Shown here one piece after another: positions 41,068 to 50,328 of a DNA stretch of 64,000 nucleotides. This stretch comes from SAR86 cluster bacterium (GTDB lineage Bacteria; Pseudomonadota; Gammaproteobacteria; Magnimaribacterales; AG-339-G14). The position numbers were made by a program, and so were the translations under genes. The notes under the pieces are model-generated. The model was not told the DNA's origin and did not search any database. It was given only the letters and a program-made list of their open reading frames with translations. Where the stretch lies: assembly GCA_028140145.1 (NCBI GenBank), contig JAOIOC010000003.1, positions 24,842-88,841 on the forward strand, read 5' to 3'. The first letter of the stretch is position 1, and the number at the start of each line of letters is the position of its first letter.

Positions 41068-41104
41068 TAATTAATATATCATTCTCAATCTTAATTTACT
41101 CGTA

Positions 41105-41239
41105 ATGAAAAGAACCTATCAACCAAGCAAACTGAAAAGGAAAAGGACTCACGGATTCAGAGCCAGAATGTCTTCTGCCGGCGGCAGAGCTGTTATAAAC
41201 AATAGAAGAAGAAAAGGCAGAAAAGTTTTATCTGCTTAA
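41105..41239 (+). CDS. rpmH: 50S ribosomal protein L34 (not in the ORF track)
   Basis: Translated by hand: [44 protein letters not shown]. Confidence 0.98.
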   Translation: MKRTYQPSKLKRKRTHGFRARMSSAGGRAVINNRRRKGRKVLSA

Positions 41240-41240
41240 G

Positions 41241-41567
41241 ATGAAAATGCCTGCTCTGGTAGGAAAAAAAGATTTTGATAACGTCTTCAAAAATTCAGAC
41301 ACTTCCTTCTCATCTGGGCCCTTTCTAGTAATTCTGAAAAAAAACGAAATCTCCTCAACCAGGACTGGAATTATTATTCAAAAAAAGTTTGTTAAATTAG
41401 CTGTTAATCGAAATTATATTAAAAGAAAATTTAGAGAGATTATAATGAGATCTAAGCTAAACTCTTTTGACGCCGTCCTAATGGTTAAAAATAAAATAGA
41501 GGAATTTGATAAATTAAAAGTAAAAAAAAATTTCATTGATTTAGAGTCAAAAATTGAAAAGATTTGA
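41241..41567 (+). CDS. rnpA: Ribonuclease P protein component
   Basis: DFDNVF, RTGIIIQKK, AVNRNYIKR (RNR motif); follows rpmH. Confidence 0.9.
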   Translation: MKMPALVGKKDFDNVFKNSDTSFSSGPFLVILKKNEISSTRTGIIIQKKFVKLAVNRNYIKRKFREIIMRSKLNSFDAVLMVKNKIEEFDKLKVKKNFIDLESKIEKI

Positions 41568-41796
41568 TTTAAAAAAAATATTAGTTTTCTTGATTGTTGT
41601 TTATCAAAGATCAATGAGTCCTTACTTTGGACCCACTTGCAGATTTCAACCAACATGTTCTGAGTACGCTAAAAATTGTATTGAGATTCATGGCGTGATG
41701 AAGGGCACATATTACAGCTTAAAAAGAATTTCAAAATGTCATCCTCTTGGATCATATGGTTATGATCCCGTTCCGGAGAAAGCAAAGAATGATTGA
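41554..41796 (+). CDS. yidD: Membrane protein insertion efficiency factor
   Basis: YQ..MSP, CRFQPTCSEYA, RISKCHP, GYDPVP. Confidence 0.95.
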   Translation: MKRFDLKKILVFLIVVYQRSMSPYFGPTCRFQPTCSEYAKNCIEIHGVMKGTYYSLKRISKCHPLGSYGYDPVPEKAKND

Positions 41797-43429
41797 TAAT
41801 TTTCAAAGATACTTTTTAGTATTTTCAATCTTCATTTTTAGTTATTTATTGCTTATCAATTGGAATCCGCCCACTCAGGAAGAATCAAATTCTGAAAGTA
41901 CTTTAAACGATAGTGAGTACTTACCAACTAATCCAACCCCCGGGCCTGATTCTTTCGTGGATGAGTCAAGTTCTTTTGCTGAGTCAAGCAATATCACCTC
42001 TTTGATATGTGGCACCGAAGAAACAGTCGAAGTCTCTAATGAAAATCAGAAGCTTGAAATAAGTCTGTCCAACGGACAGATTATAAAATCAGAATTATTG
42101 AATTATCCTTTAGAAATTAATGGCCAGGCTAATACTTTACTTTTCAACAAGTGTGGTAAAGAGAACTATTTTTTAGATGGTGGTTTTGTTGTTTCAGGAA
42201 TGTCTAATGCGCCAGAAGGAAATTATTTTTCTGTATTGTCTAAATCAAAAGATTCAGTTGAGATTGTAAGAAGACTTCCAAATGGCTCCACTCATTCTAA
42301 GAAAATTAGTTTGGGGGAAAACTTCAGAATTAATTTTGATGAAGAATTTTTTAATGGAGAAGTCGTAGAAGTTTCAGTCGCGCCATATGCAAAAATAAAC
42401 CGCTCATCCGAGAAAACTATTTCTGGTTCTGGGGGCATATTTACCCAACCTTCTTCTTGGGCATATTTGGGTCCTGCGTTTTCTTATGATGGTGAAAACT
42501 ATGACAAAAGATCTTTCTCAGAAATCGAAGAAGTAGAATTTAGAACATCAACCAGCGGGGGTTGGATTTCAATGATTCAACATTATTTCTTAACCTCCCT
42601 ACTACCCAATCAGTCGTCCAACAGCCTGCTTCAAGGTAAGAAAAATAAAAATGATGGCTCTTTTTCTGTAGGATTTGTTGAAGAGACCAAAAAGGTTGCT
42701 CCAGGCGCCTCAATAAAAAACGAGTATGCAGTCTATTCTGGTCCAAAAATTAAGGGAAATTTAGACTTAATGCATCCAAAGCTAGGTTTGGCCATAGATT
42801 ACGGCTTCCTTTATTGGATTGGTCAGCCTATTTTTTGGGTTATGAACCTTATTAATCAAGCAATTAGCAGCTGGGGATGGTCTATTGTGCTGGTAACGGT
42901 CCTCATAAAGATTTTCTTATGGCCTCTGTCCTATGTTGCATACAAGAATATGGGGAAAATGAGGCAACTTCAGCCCAAACTCAAGGAACTTCAAGAGAGG
43001 TATGGGGACGATAGGCAAGCTATGTCTAGGGAGATGATGGCTCTTTATTCAAAAGAAAAGGTGAATCCTGCGCTGGGATGCCTTCCAATGCTGCTACAAA
43101 TGCCTTTTTTCCTCGCTTTTTATTGGGTTCTAATTGAGACGGTTGAGCTAAGACATGCGCCATTCATGTTTTGGATTGTTGATTTGTCTGTAAGGGACCC
43201 ATTGTTTATATTGCCTTTGTTAAACATGGGGGCAATGTATTTGATGCAGCTTTTGCAGCCTCAACCAGCGGGCGTAGATCCAATGCAGGCAAGAATTTTT
43301 AAATTTATGCCCATCATATTTGGGGTGCTCTTTGCATTTTTCCCGGCTGGTCTTGTCTTGTATTGGTTGGTAAATTCTCTTGTCTCAGCCTTACAAATGC
43401 TTATGCATGGGCCTAAAAAGGCAGCATAG
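41789..43429 (+). CDS. yidC: Membrane protein insertase YidC
   Basis: QHYF, YSGPK, IDYG, WGWSIV, GCLPMLLQMPFF, WIVDLS.RDP, PAGLVLYW; start moved to ATG 41789. Confidence 0.95.
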   Translation: MIDNFQRYFLVFSIFIFSYLLLINWNPPTQEESNSESTLNDSEYLPTNPTPGPDSFVDESSSFAESSNITSLICGTEETVEVSNENQKLEISLSNGQIIKSELLNYPLEINGQANTLLFNKCGKENYFLDGGFVVSGMSNAPEGNYFSVLSKSKDSVEIVRRLPNGSTHSKKISLGENFRINFDEEFFNGEVVEVSVAPYAKINRSSEKTISGSGGIFTQPSSWAYLGPAFSYDGENYDKRSFSEIEEVEFRTSTSGGWISMIQHYFLTSLLPNQSSNSLLQGKKNKNDGSFSVGFVEETKKVAPGASIKNEYAVYSGPKIKGNLDLMHPKLGLAIDYGFLYWIGQPIFWVMNLINQAISSWGWSIVLVTVLIKIFLWPLSYVAYKNMGKMRQLQPKLKELQERYGDDRQAMSREMMALYSKEKVNPALGCLPMLLQMPFFLAFYWVLIETVELRHAPFMFWIVDLSVRDPLFILPLLNMGAMYLMQLLQPQPAGVDPMQARIFKFMPIIFGVLFAFFPAGLVLYWLVNSLVSALQMLMHGPKKAA

Positions 43430-43441
43430 AGGAGATTTTCT

Positions 43442-44734
43442 TTGGATCAGGCTATAGTTGCTTGTTCAACCCCTCCCGGCAGAGGAGCTATTTCTGTTGT
43501 AAGAATTAGCGGAAAGGAGGTAAAAAGCATTATTAATGACCTCTTTTCCCTAGAATTTGATCATGGAACATCAAAAGTTGCAGAGACAAACCTTTCAGAG
43601 GGGTTTAATGAAAAGTGTCTAATTTCTTGCTTTGAGAGCCCCTCATCATACACGGGCGAGGATGTGGCCGAGATATCGTGTCATGGGAACCCCTTAATAG
43701 TTAGGGCTTTGATTCAGAAATGCATAGAATTAGGCGCCAGAAGCGCAAACCCAGGCGAATTTACTCAAAGGGCCTTTCTTAACAACAAGATTGACCTTGC
43801 GCAGTCTGAAGCAGTTATCGATCTCATAAATGCTAGCTCTAGCGCAGCAATGGTGGCGGCATCAAAGTCAGTTTCTGGTAATTTCGGTGAAAATGTAGAT
43901 AAAATCTTGGAAAGTCTAAGAAAAATAAGAATACTAGTGGAGTCTTCTATCGATTTTTCTGATCAAGATACAAACATAGATTTTATGCAAATTAATGCTC
44001 TTTTCAAAGATTTTAGACGTCTTTTAGAGGATTTTGATCAGAAAATAGAGGAAGGAATAAGGATAATGTCTGAACACAGAGTTGTAGTCGCCGGGCCTCC
44101 AAACGTGGGCAAATCTAGCATTATGAACATTCTTTCTGGGGAAGAGGCTTCGATTGTGACTGAAATTAAAGGAACCACAAGGGACCCAATATATAAAAAA
44201 ATACAAATTAAAGACCTGCAAGTAGATATTTATGACACGGCGGGAATAAACGACGAAACAGTAGACGAAATAGAAAAGCTTGGAATAGATAAATCTAGGT
44301 CGTTAATAAAGGGAGCAGACCTGATCTTGGAGGTGGTTGATTCTGAAAACAGGGATTTTAGCCTCAAAAAGAACGGAAACATCTTAAAAGTCTTCAATAA
44401 GTCTGACATATCTAGCCCGCCCAAAGGGTTTGAGGGAGTTGTTGTTTCTGCTCTTGAGAAAAAAAATATTAGCGCTCTTGAAGAAAAAATTTATGAGCTA
44501 CTTTCGAGCGACGGATCTGATGCTTTATTTTCAGCTAGAGAAAGACACCGAAACTTGGTTAAAAAAGCTTTTATGGAAATAGACTCTTGTCCAGACCCAA
44601 TTGATGTGAAAAACGTTGATATAGCTGCAGAGCACCTAAAGTTGGCAGATATCTTTCTTGGGGACATTAAGTCTCCGATGAGCGCCGATGACTTTTTGGG
44701 GGAAATATTTTCCGCTTTTTGCATAGGTAAGTAA
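43442..44734 (+). CDS. mnmE: tRNA modification GTPase MnmE
   Basis: SYTGED, PGEFTQRAFLN, GPPNVGKSS, GTTRD, DTAG, NKSD, FCIGK. Confidence 0.96.
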   Translation: MDQAIVACSTPPGRGAISVVRISGKEVKSIINDLFSLEFDHGTSKVAETNLSEGFNEKCLISCFESPSSYTGEDVAEISCHGNPLIVRALIQKCIELGARSANPGEFTQRAFLNNKIDLAQSEAVIDLINASSSAAMVAASKSVSGNFGENVDKILESLRKIRILVESSIDFSDQDTNIDFMQINALFKDFRRLLEDFDQKIEEGIRIMSEHRVVVAGPPNVGKSSIMNILSGEEASIVTEIKGTTRDPIYKKIQIKDLQVDIYDTAGINDETVDEIEKLGIDKSRSLIKGADLILEVVDSENRDFSLKKNGNILKVFNKSDISSPPKGFEGVVVSALEKKNISALEEKIYELLSSDGSDALFSARERHRNLVKKAFMEIDSCPDPIDVKNVDIAAEHLKLADIFLGDIKSPMSADDFLGEIFSAFCIGK

Positions 44735-44799
44735 GCACTAACTATAATTCATATCATGTCATTTAAGTGTTTTTTATTGCATTAAAATCTTTTTAAAAA

Positions 44800-45000
44800 G
44801 CTGTTAGTAACTATTTATAGTTATTTTCTCAACACCTTAAAAAGGGCAAAACACAGCTTATAAACAAGTTTAGTAACATGGCTCTACTTTCTCTGTCCCT
44901 TGGGTTTAGAGGGGCCAAAGACTTTTTCCACTTACTAACAGGGCTAACAACAATAAACATATACTCTCTAATATATAAATACATATATATAATATTTTTA
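44800..45000. other. Putative oriC unwinding region (degenerate DnaA boxes, GC-rich spacer, trio-like repeats, AT-rich element)
   Basis: TTTTCCAC-TTACTAACA-GGGC-TAA CAA CAA TAA followed by an AT-rich tract; further TTACTAACA/TTATAAACA-like 9-mers at 44802, 44826, 44858, 44868. Confidence 0.65.
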
Positions 45001-46893
45001 ATGAAAGCGGACATAATTGTAATAGGCGGGGGTCACGCAGGCTGTGAAGCAGCTGCTGCTGCAGCTAGGATTGGAGTTAAAACCATCCTAATTACTCATA
45101 AATTTGAAACCATCGGTCAAATGTCATGTAATCCTGCTATTGGCGGAGTAGGAAAAAGCCACCTTGTAAAAGAGATAGATGCTGCTGATGGAATAATGGC
45201 AAGATGCGCCGACAGGGCCGCCATACATCTAAAAGTTTTGAATTCTTCCAAAGGGCCGGCTGTCAGAGCTACGCGCGCTCAGGCAGATAGGGGGTTATAC
45301 AAAAAATCCGTTCAAAAAGAATTAAAGAATCTAGAAAACCTCGAGATTGTAGAAGGCGAGGTTACTGACTTTGGTATACAAAACAATCAAATCGGTTCGG
45401 TTACTGTTGGCGAAAGTAAAATTTTAAAAGCTCAAAAAGTAATTTTGACAACAGGGACCTTCCTTAATGGAAAGCTTTTCACTGGAATGGATAATAACGA
45501 AGGGGGCAGAGTTGGAGATAACTCCTCGAAAAAATTAGCAGAAAAATTAAGAAACATTGATTTTTCAGTTGGTAGATTAAAAACAGGAACTCCTCCAAGA
45601 ATTCATAAAGACTCTATAAATTGGGAAATTTTAGAAGAGCAGAAAGGTGACGTCCCTAGACCCACGATCTCTTTTTTAAGCGATCAAAGCATTCACCCCA
45701 AGCAAGTGCCATGCTTTATAACCAGAACAAACGAAAAAACTCACGAAATTATAATAAGCGACCTTTATAGATCTCCAATGTTCTCAGGAAAGATTGAAGG
45801 AGTTGGGCCAAGATACTGCCCATCCATCGAAGACAAAATATTCAGATTTAAAGACAAAAAGTCCCACCAAATATTTATAGAACCAGAAGGATTAAATTCT
45901 GAATTAATTTATCCAAACGGAATTTCGACAAGCCTGCCAAAGGACTGCCAGGAAAAATTTGTTAGATCTATAGAAGGGTTTGAAAGCGCCAAAATAACTC
46001 AATATGGATATGCGGTCGAATATGATTTTTTTGACCCCAGAGAACTGCATGAAACGCTGGAAACGAGAAAAATAAAAAACCTTTACTTTGCTGGCCAAAT
46101 CAATGGCACAACCGGGTATGAAGAAGCTGCAGCCCAAGGGCTTGTAGCCGGTGCAAACGCTGCTCTGTCTTTTTTAGGAAAAGATCCTTGGACGCCAAGC
46201 AGAGAAGAGTCTTATCTGGGAGTTTTAATCGACGATCTTGTTACTCTTGGAACGAAGGAACCATACAGGATGTTCACCAGCAGATCTGAACATAGATTAA
46301 TTTTAAGAGAGGACAATGCTGACCAAAGAATTACAGAAAAAGCTTATAAAGTCGGCTTGGTATCCGAGAGCAGATATAAGATATTTTCTGAAAAGAAAAA
46401 CAAAATAATTAAAGAGAAAGACAAGCTAGCAAAGTTATTTCTCCGGCCTGAGGATGAAAAAATATACAGCAGTTTAAAAATTAAAGAGCCAAAGTCAGCC
46501 ACCTCTTTTTTAGACTTGCTGAAGAGACCAGATCTAGATTTTCAAGATTTAGCCAAAGCATTTTCTATTGAGACCCCAGACAACGATATAGTTTTTGATA
46601 TCGAAACGAACCAAAGATATTCGGGATACATCAAAAGACAGATGGACGAGATAGAAAAAATGAAAAAAAACAGAAATGCTCACATACCCTCGAATTTTGA
46701 CTATTCAAATGTAAAAGGCCTGTCAGCAGAAATCACTCAAAAACTCTCTAAAGTTGAACCCAAAACATTGGCACAAGCTTGGAGAATTCCTGGAATCACG
46801 CCAGCAGCAATATCGGCGCTAATGGTTTACCTGAAAAGAAACGAAACAGAAACTGCAGATAAAAATGCACGCGGAAGCACCCGAGAGCCTTAA
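45001..46893 (+). CDS. mnmG: tRNA uridine 5-carboxymethylaminomethyl modification enzyme
   Basis: GGGHAG.EAA, MSCNPAIGG, RYCPSIEDK, AGQINGTTGYEEAAAQG; true start ATG 45001. Confidence 0.97.
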   Translation: MKADIIVIGGGHAGCEAAAAAARIGVKTILITHKFETIGQMSCNPAIGGVGKSHLVKEIDAADGIMARCADRAAIHLKVLNSSKGPAVRATRAQADRGLYKKSVQKELKNLENLEIVEGEVTDFGIQNNQIGSVTVGESKILKAQKVILTTGTFLNGKLFTGMDNNEGGRVGDNSSKKLAEKLRNIDFSVGRLKTGTPPRIHKDSINWEILEEQKGDVPRPTISFLSDQSIHPKQVPCFITRTNEKTHEIIISDLYRSPMFSGKIEGVGPRYCPSIEDKIFRFKDKKSHQIFIEPEGLNSELIYPNGISTSLPKDCQEKFVRSIEGFESAKITQYGYAVEYDFFDPRELHETLETRKIKNLYFAGQINGTTGYEEAAAQGLVAGANAALSFLGKDPWTPSREESYLGVLIDDLVTLGTKEPYRMFTSRSEHRLILREDNADQRITEKAYKVGLVSESRYKIFSEKKNKIIKEKDKLAKLFLRPEDEKIYSSLKIKEPKSATSFLDLLKRPDLDFQDLAKAFSIETPDNDIVFDIETNQRYSGYIKRQMDEIEKMKKNRNAHIPSNFDYSNVKGLSAEITQKLSKVEPKTLAQAWRIPGITPAAISALMVYLKRNETETADKNARGSTREP

Positions 46894-47473
46894 GGTCTCG
46901 CTGGAAGAAATCTCAAAGCCAGAAAAAGAAAAGGAGCTAAAAGAGTTCGCCCTCAAGGTTTTTGATTGGAATAAGACAACAAATCTTGTTTCAAAAAATT
47001 CCACCCTAGAAAACATATATCATCACATCATTGATTCAGCCCACTTATATCCCTACATAGAAAATAGTTCTTACATAGACGTCGGAAGCGGGGCGGGATT
47101 TCCGGGGCTGGTAATTTCTATTCTAGGAAACAAAGACGGCTGCCTGCTTGAGCCAGCCAACAAAAAAGCATCTTTCTTGAGACACTGTCTTGCACATTTT
47201 GGCATTCAAAATACAAAGGTTTTGCAAAAAAGGCTTGAGCACCTAGATCTCATTAAAGAGGATGTTCTAATTTCCAGAGCATTCGCCGAACCCAAAAAAA
47301 TCCAAAACTTGGCGATTAAGAAAATGAGTGGAGATCAAAAAATTTTACTTATGGTTTCAGAGCAGCAAGCCATCCGTGAAGATAAAAATGACTGGAAGTA
47401 CATTCCTTCCGCAGCATCAAAAATTTTAGGAAAAAAAACAGGTTTCTTAGAATTTAACCCACCAAAAAAATGA
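46865..47473 (+). CDS. rsmG: 16S rRNA m7G527 methyltransferase
   Basis: WNKTTNLVS, HIIDS, DVGSGAGFPG, SRAF. Confidence 0.92.
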   Translation: MHAEAPESLKVSLEEISKPEKEKELKEFALKVFDWNKTTNLVSKNSTLENIYHHIIDSAHLYPYIENSSYIDVGSGAGFPGLVISILGNKDGCLLEPANKKASFLRHCLAHFGIQNTKVLQKRLEHLDLIKEDVLISRAFAEPKKIQNLAIKKMSGDQKILLMVSEQQAIREDKNDWKYIPSAASKILGKKTGFLEFNPPKK

Positions 47474-47485
47474 TAATATACAACC

Positions 47486-48265
47486 TTGATAACTTTAGTT
47501 GTAGCTAACCAAAAAGGCGGGGTAGGAAAAACCACCACAGCGGTAAACTTGGCCGCCTCGCTCGCAGCCACAAAAAGAAAAGTCCTCCTTATAGATATTG
47601 ATTCCCAGGCCAACGCCACCACCGGATCCGGCCACGAGAAAGCAGAAGACAAACTTACCATAATGGATGTTTTGGCCAGAGGCGCATGCATCAAAGAAAC
47701 CATATTACCCTGTACAGATTTTGGTTTTGATTTAGTGCCTTCATGTCAGGATCTAATTTCAGCTGACATTGAAATGACCACGGTTCCCGCCGCTTCACTT
47801 CAGCTTAAAAACGCACTAAGGTCTCTCGAAGGCAGTTATGATTACGTGATAATTGATTGCCCCCCATCGTTGGGCATTCTTACATTGAACGCGCTAAGAG
47901 CCAGCTCTAAGCTAATCATTCCCATGCAGTGCGAATACTATGCAATGGAAGGGCTTGTTTCTCTGAACAAGGCCATTAATGATATAAACAGCAAGACCGG
48001 GGAAAACATACAAATCAGCGCCATTTTAAGAACGATGTTCGACCCTAGAGCCAGGTTAACAAGAGAGGTCTCTGAAGAGCTGCAAAAATACTTCCCCAAT
48101 GAGCTTTGCTCAACCGTCATCCCAAGAAACATAAAGCTGGCGGAAGCTCCCAGCTCCGGCAAACCAGGTCTCTTTTATGATCCGACAGCTAAGGGCACAG
48201 TCGCTTATCTTGCACTTGCCGGGGAAGTTATCTCAAAGTTTGAGAAAGATTCAATGGTTGCATGA
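47486..48265 (+). CDS. parA: Chromosome partitioning ATPase
   Basis: NQKGGVGKTT, DSQANAT, IDCPPSLG, PMQCEYYAMEG, LAEAPS. Confidence 0.96.
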   Translation: MITLVVANQKGGVGKTTTAVNLAASLAATKRKVLLIDIDSQANATTGSGHEKAEDKLTIMDVLARGACIKETILPCTDFGFDLVPSCQDLISADIEMTTVPAASLQLKNALRSLEGSYDYVIIDCPPSLGILTLNALRASSKLIIPMQCEYYAMEGLVSLNKAINDINSKTGENIQISAILRTMFDPRARLTREVSEELQKYFPNELCSTVIPRNIKLAEAPSSGKPGLFYDPTAKGTVAYLALAGEVISKFEKDSMVA

Positions 48266-49119
48266 GCGAAGATAGAAAAACTTTAAAGAGAGGCTTGGAT
48301 GCTCTATTGGGCGACGAGCCCATTTCTTCTCAGCAAGCACAAAGCCAAGAAATAGCCATAGATAAAATTAGCCCTAGCAGATATCAGGCGAGAGAAAACA
48401 TAAACCAAGAGTCTCTTGAAGAATTAACCGAATCAATATCCTCGCAAGGAGTCATTCAGCCAATAATAGTTCGAAAAGTGGGGGGAGACGCTTACGAACT
48501 CATTGCCGGCGAGAGAAGATGGAGGGCATCCAAGCAAGCCGGCCTTACGACCATTCCCGCTATCTTTAAAGATGCATCTGAAGATCAAATTATCAGAATG
48601 GGTTTAATTGAAAATCTGCAGAGAGAAGACTTGAATCCAATGGAAGAGGCGAGAGGTCTTTTAAGGCTTCAAAAGGAATTTAATATCAGTCAGCAAGACG
48701 TAGCGTCGGCGGTTGGGAAATCCAGGTCGGGAGTAGCAAATATTTTAAGGCTAAACAATTTATGCAAAGAGGCTCAAAACCTATTGGAAAGCTCAAGCAT
48801 TGATATGGGTCACGCACGAGCATTGTTGACATTGCCAGAAGGTCCGCAGGCCTCCTTCGCAAAACAGGCCGCTAAAAACGGCTGGTCTGTTCGACAAACA
48901 GAAAGGGCAGCGCAAGATTATTTGTCAGGTTCTGGCAAGACGAAAACCCCAAAAAGAAAGGATGCGAACATAAGCGCCTTAGAGGAGGAGATCAGCAACG
49001 AACTATCCTCATCGGTATCAATTCAACATAAAAAAAACGGGTCAGGCAAAATAATTTTTAGTTACAGAGATCTCGATCAACTAGACAAGATAATTGGTCC
49101 TTTTCGCAAGAAAAATTAG
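48262..49119 (+). CDS. parB: Chromosome partitioning CTPase
   Basis: LKRGLDALL, GVIQP, AGERRWRA, ENLQREDL, HTH GKSRS.VAN.LRL, GHARALL. Confidence 0.96.
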   Translation: MSEDRKTLKRGLDALLGDEPISSQQAQSQEIAIDKISPSRYQARENINQESLEELTESISSQGVIQPIIVRKVGGDAYELIAGERRWRASKQAGLTTIPAIFKDASEDQIIRMGLIENLQREDLNPMEEARGLLRLQKEFNISQQDVASAVGKSRSGVANILRLNNLCKEAQNLLESSSIDMGHARALLTLPEGPQASFAKQAAKNGWSVRQTERAAQDYLSGSGKTKTPKRKDANISALEEEISNELSSSVSIQHKKNGSGKIIFSYRDLDQLDKIIGPFRKKN

Positions 49120-49153
49120 ACACCCTTATAACGAAAAAAAAACCTTTATAGCC

Positions 49154-49183
49154 TTGAGTTTATTGGCTCCAGACAACTATAAT
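49154..49183 (+). promoter_or_regulatory. Putative sigma70 promoter of the atp operon
   Basis: TTGAGT-18 bp-TATAAT just upstream of atpB. Confidence 0.55.
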
Positions 49184-49200
49184 GCACTGCCTTAAAAGAC

Positions 49201-50082
49201 ATGGCTAAAGAAGCAGCAAATAATCTAGTCGAAACCTCTGATTACATAGGTCATCATCTTGTAAATTTAACTTTCGGCTGGTGTGAAAAAACATCTTCCT
49301 GGGGCTTCGCTCATCACCAACAAGACATTTCAAAAAGCTTAGACTCAGCCTGCGATGTATCCGAGATGGGTTTCTGGGCATTTCACATGGACACAATATT
49401 TATGTCGGTTTTTTTGGGCGTTCTGGTCTTTGGTTTCTTTGGGCTTATCAACAGATCTGCAAAAAAAGGAACCCCAGGCAAACTGCAAAACTTTGTTGAA
49501 TTTGTTCACGAATTTATCGGTAGCGCGGTGTCTTCCGGGTATCACGGAACTTCAAAAATAGTAGCCCCTCTCGCATTTGCAAGTTGTTTGTGGATTTTGT
49601 CATGGAACTTAATGGATTTGTTGCCCGTGGAAATGGCTAACTTTTTTGGTCAGGCGGGTAGTGGAATAAACTACTTTAAGATATTGCCTACCGCTGATTT
49701 GAACGCACCCTTAGCTCTGGCTGCAGTCGTAATGGTGCTTGTTACTTATTTCAGCATAAACACCCATGGCTTGGGCGGCTTTCTAAAAGAATTATTTATT
49801 ATCCCCTTGGGACCTCTAGAATTTATTAGCTTTGTGTCTAAGCATGTCGCTTTAGCACTAAGGCTTTACGGCAACTTGTTTGCTGGCGAGATGATTTTCA
49901 TTTTGATTGCCATTATGTTTGGGCAGTTCTTTATGTCATTTTCTCAAACACTTTGGTTTTTGCCTGGCTTGATTATGAATCTGGCTTGGGCACTATTTCA
50001 CATTTTAATTGTCGCGTTGCAGGCGTATATCTTCATGATGCTTACAATCGCTTATTTAAACTTGGCTAGCACAAAACACTAG
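49201..50082 (+). CDS. atpB: ATP synthase F0 subunit a
   Basis: YIGHHL, PGKLQNFVE, NLMDLLP, PTADLN, LRLYGN.FAGE, LQAYIF. Confidence 0.96.
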   Translation: MAKEAANNLVETSDYIGHHLVNLTFGWCEKTSSWGFAHHQQDISKSLDSACDVSEMGFWAFHMDTIFMSVFLGVLVFGFFGLINRSAKKGTPGKLQNFVEFVHEFIGSAVSSGYHGTSKIVAPLAFASCLWILSWNLMDLLPVEMANFFGQAGSGINYFKILPTADLNAPLALAAVVMVLVTYFSINTHGLGGFLKELFIIPLGPLEFISFVSKHVALALRLYGNLFAGEMIFILIAIMFGQFFMSFSQTLWFLPGLIMNLAWALFHILIVALQAYIFMMLTIAYLNLASTKH

Positions 50083-50103
50083 CCACAACTTTAGGAGACG
50101 AAT

Positions 50104-50325
50104 ATGGAAGAATTAAGATTAGTAGCAGGAGCCTTGCTTACTGGTTTAGGCGCCCTTGGAGGAGGGGTTGGAATTGGAACTCTTACCTCTAAGTACATAG
50201 AGGCAGTCGCCAGACAGCCAGAGCTGCAAGGACAGCTTTTTGCTCAGGTGTTGATTGCTCTAGGTTTAACAGATGCGCTGCCAATCATTTCTTTGGCGGT
50301 AGGGTTATTGTTCTTATTCACGTAA
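50104..50325 (+). CDS. atpE: ATP synthase F0 subunit c (H+-type, Asp)
   Basis: Gly-rich helix 1, ARQPE loop, LTDALP. Confidence 0.96.
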   Translation: MEELRLVAGALLTGLGALGGGVGIGTLTSKYIEAVARQPELQGQLFAQVLIALGLTDALPIISLAVGLLFLFT

Positions 50326-50328
50326 AAC

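Noticed and set aside
44829-45014. 61-aa minus ORF, and the 41-aa N-terminal extension of mnmG from 44878
   Set aside because: Both run through the oriC-like non-coding region; MnmG homology begins at ATG 45001
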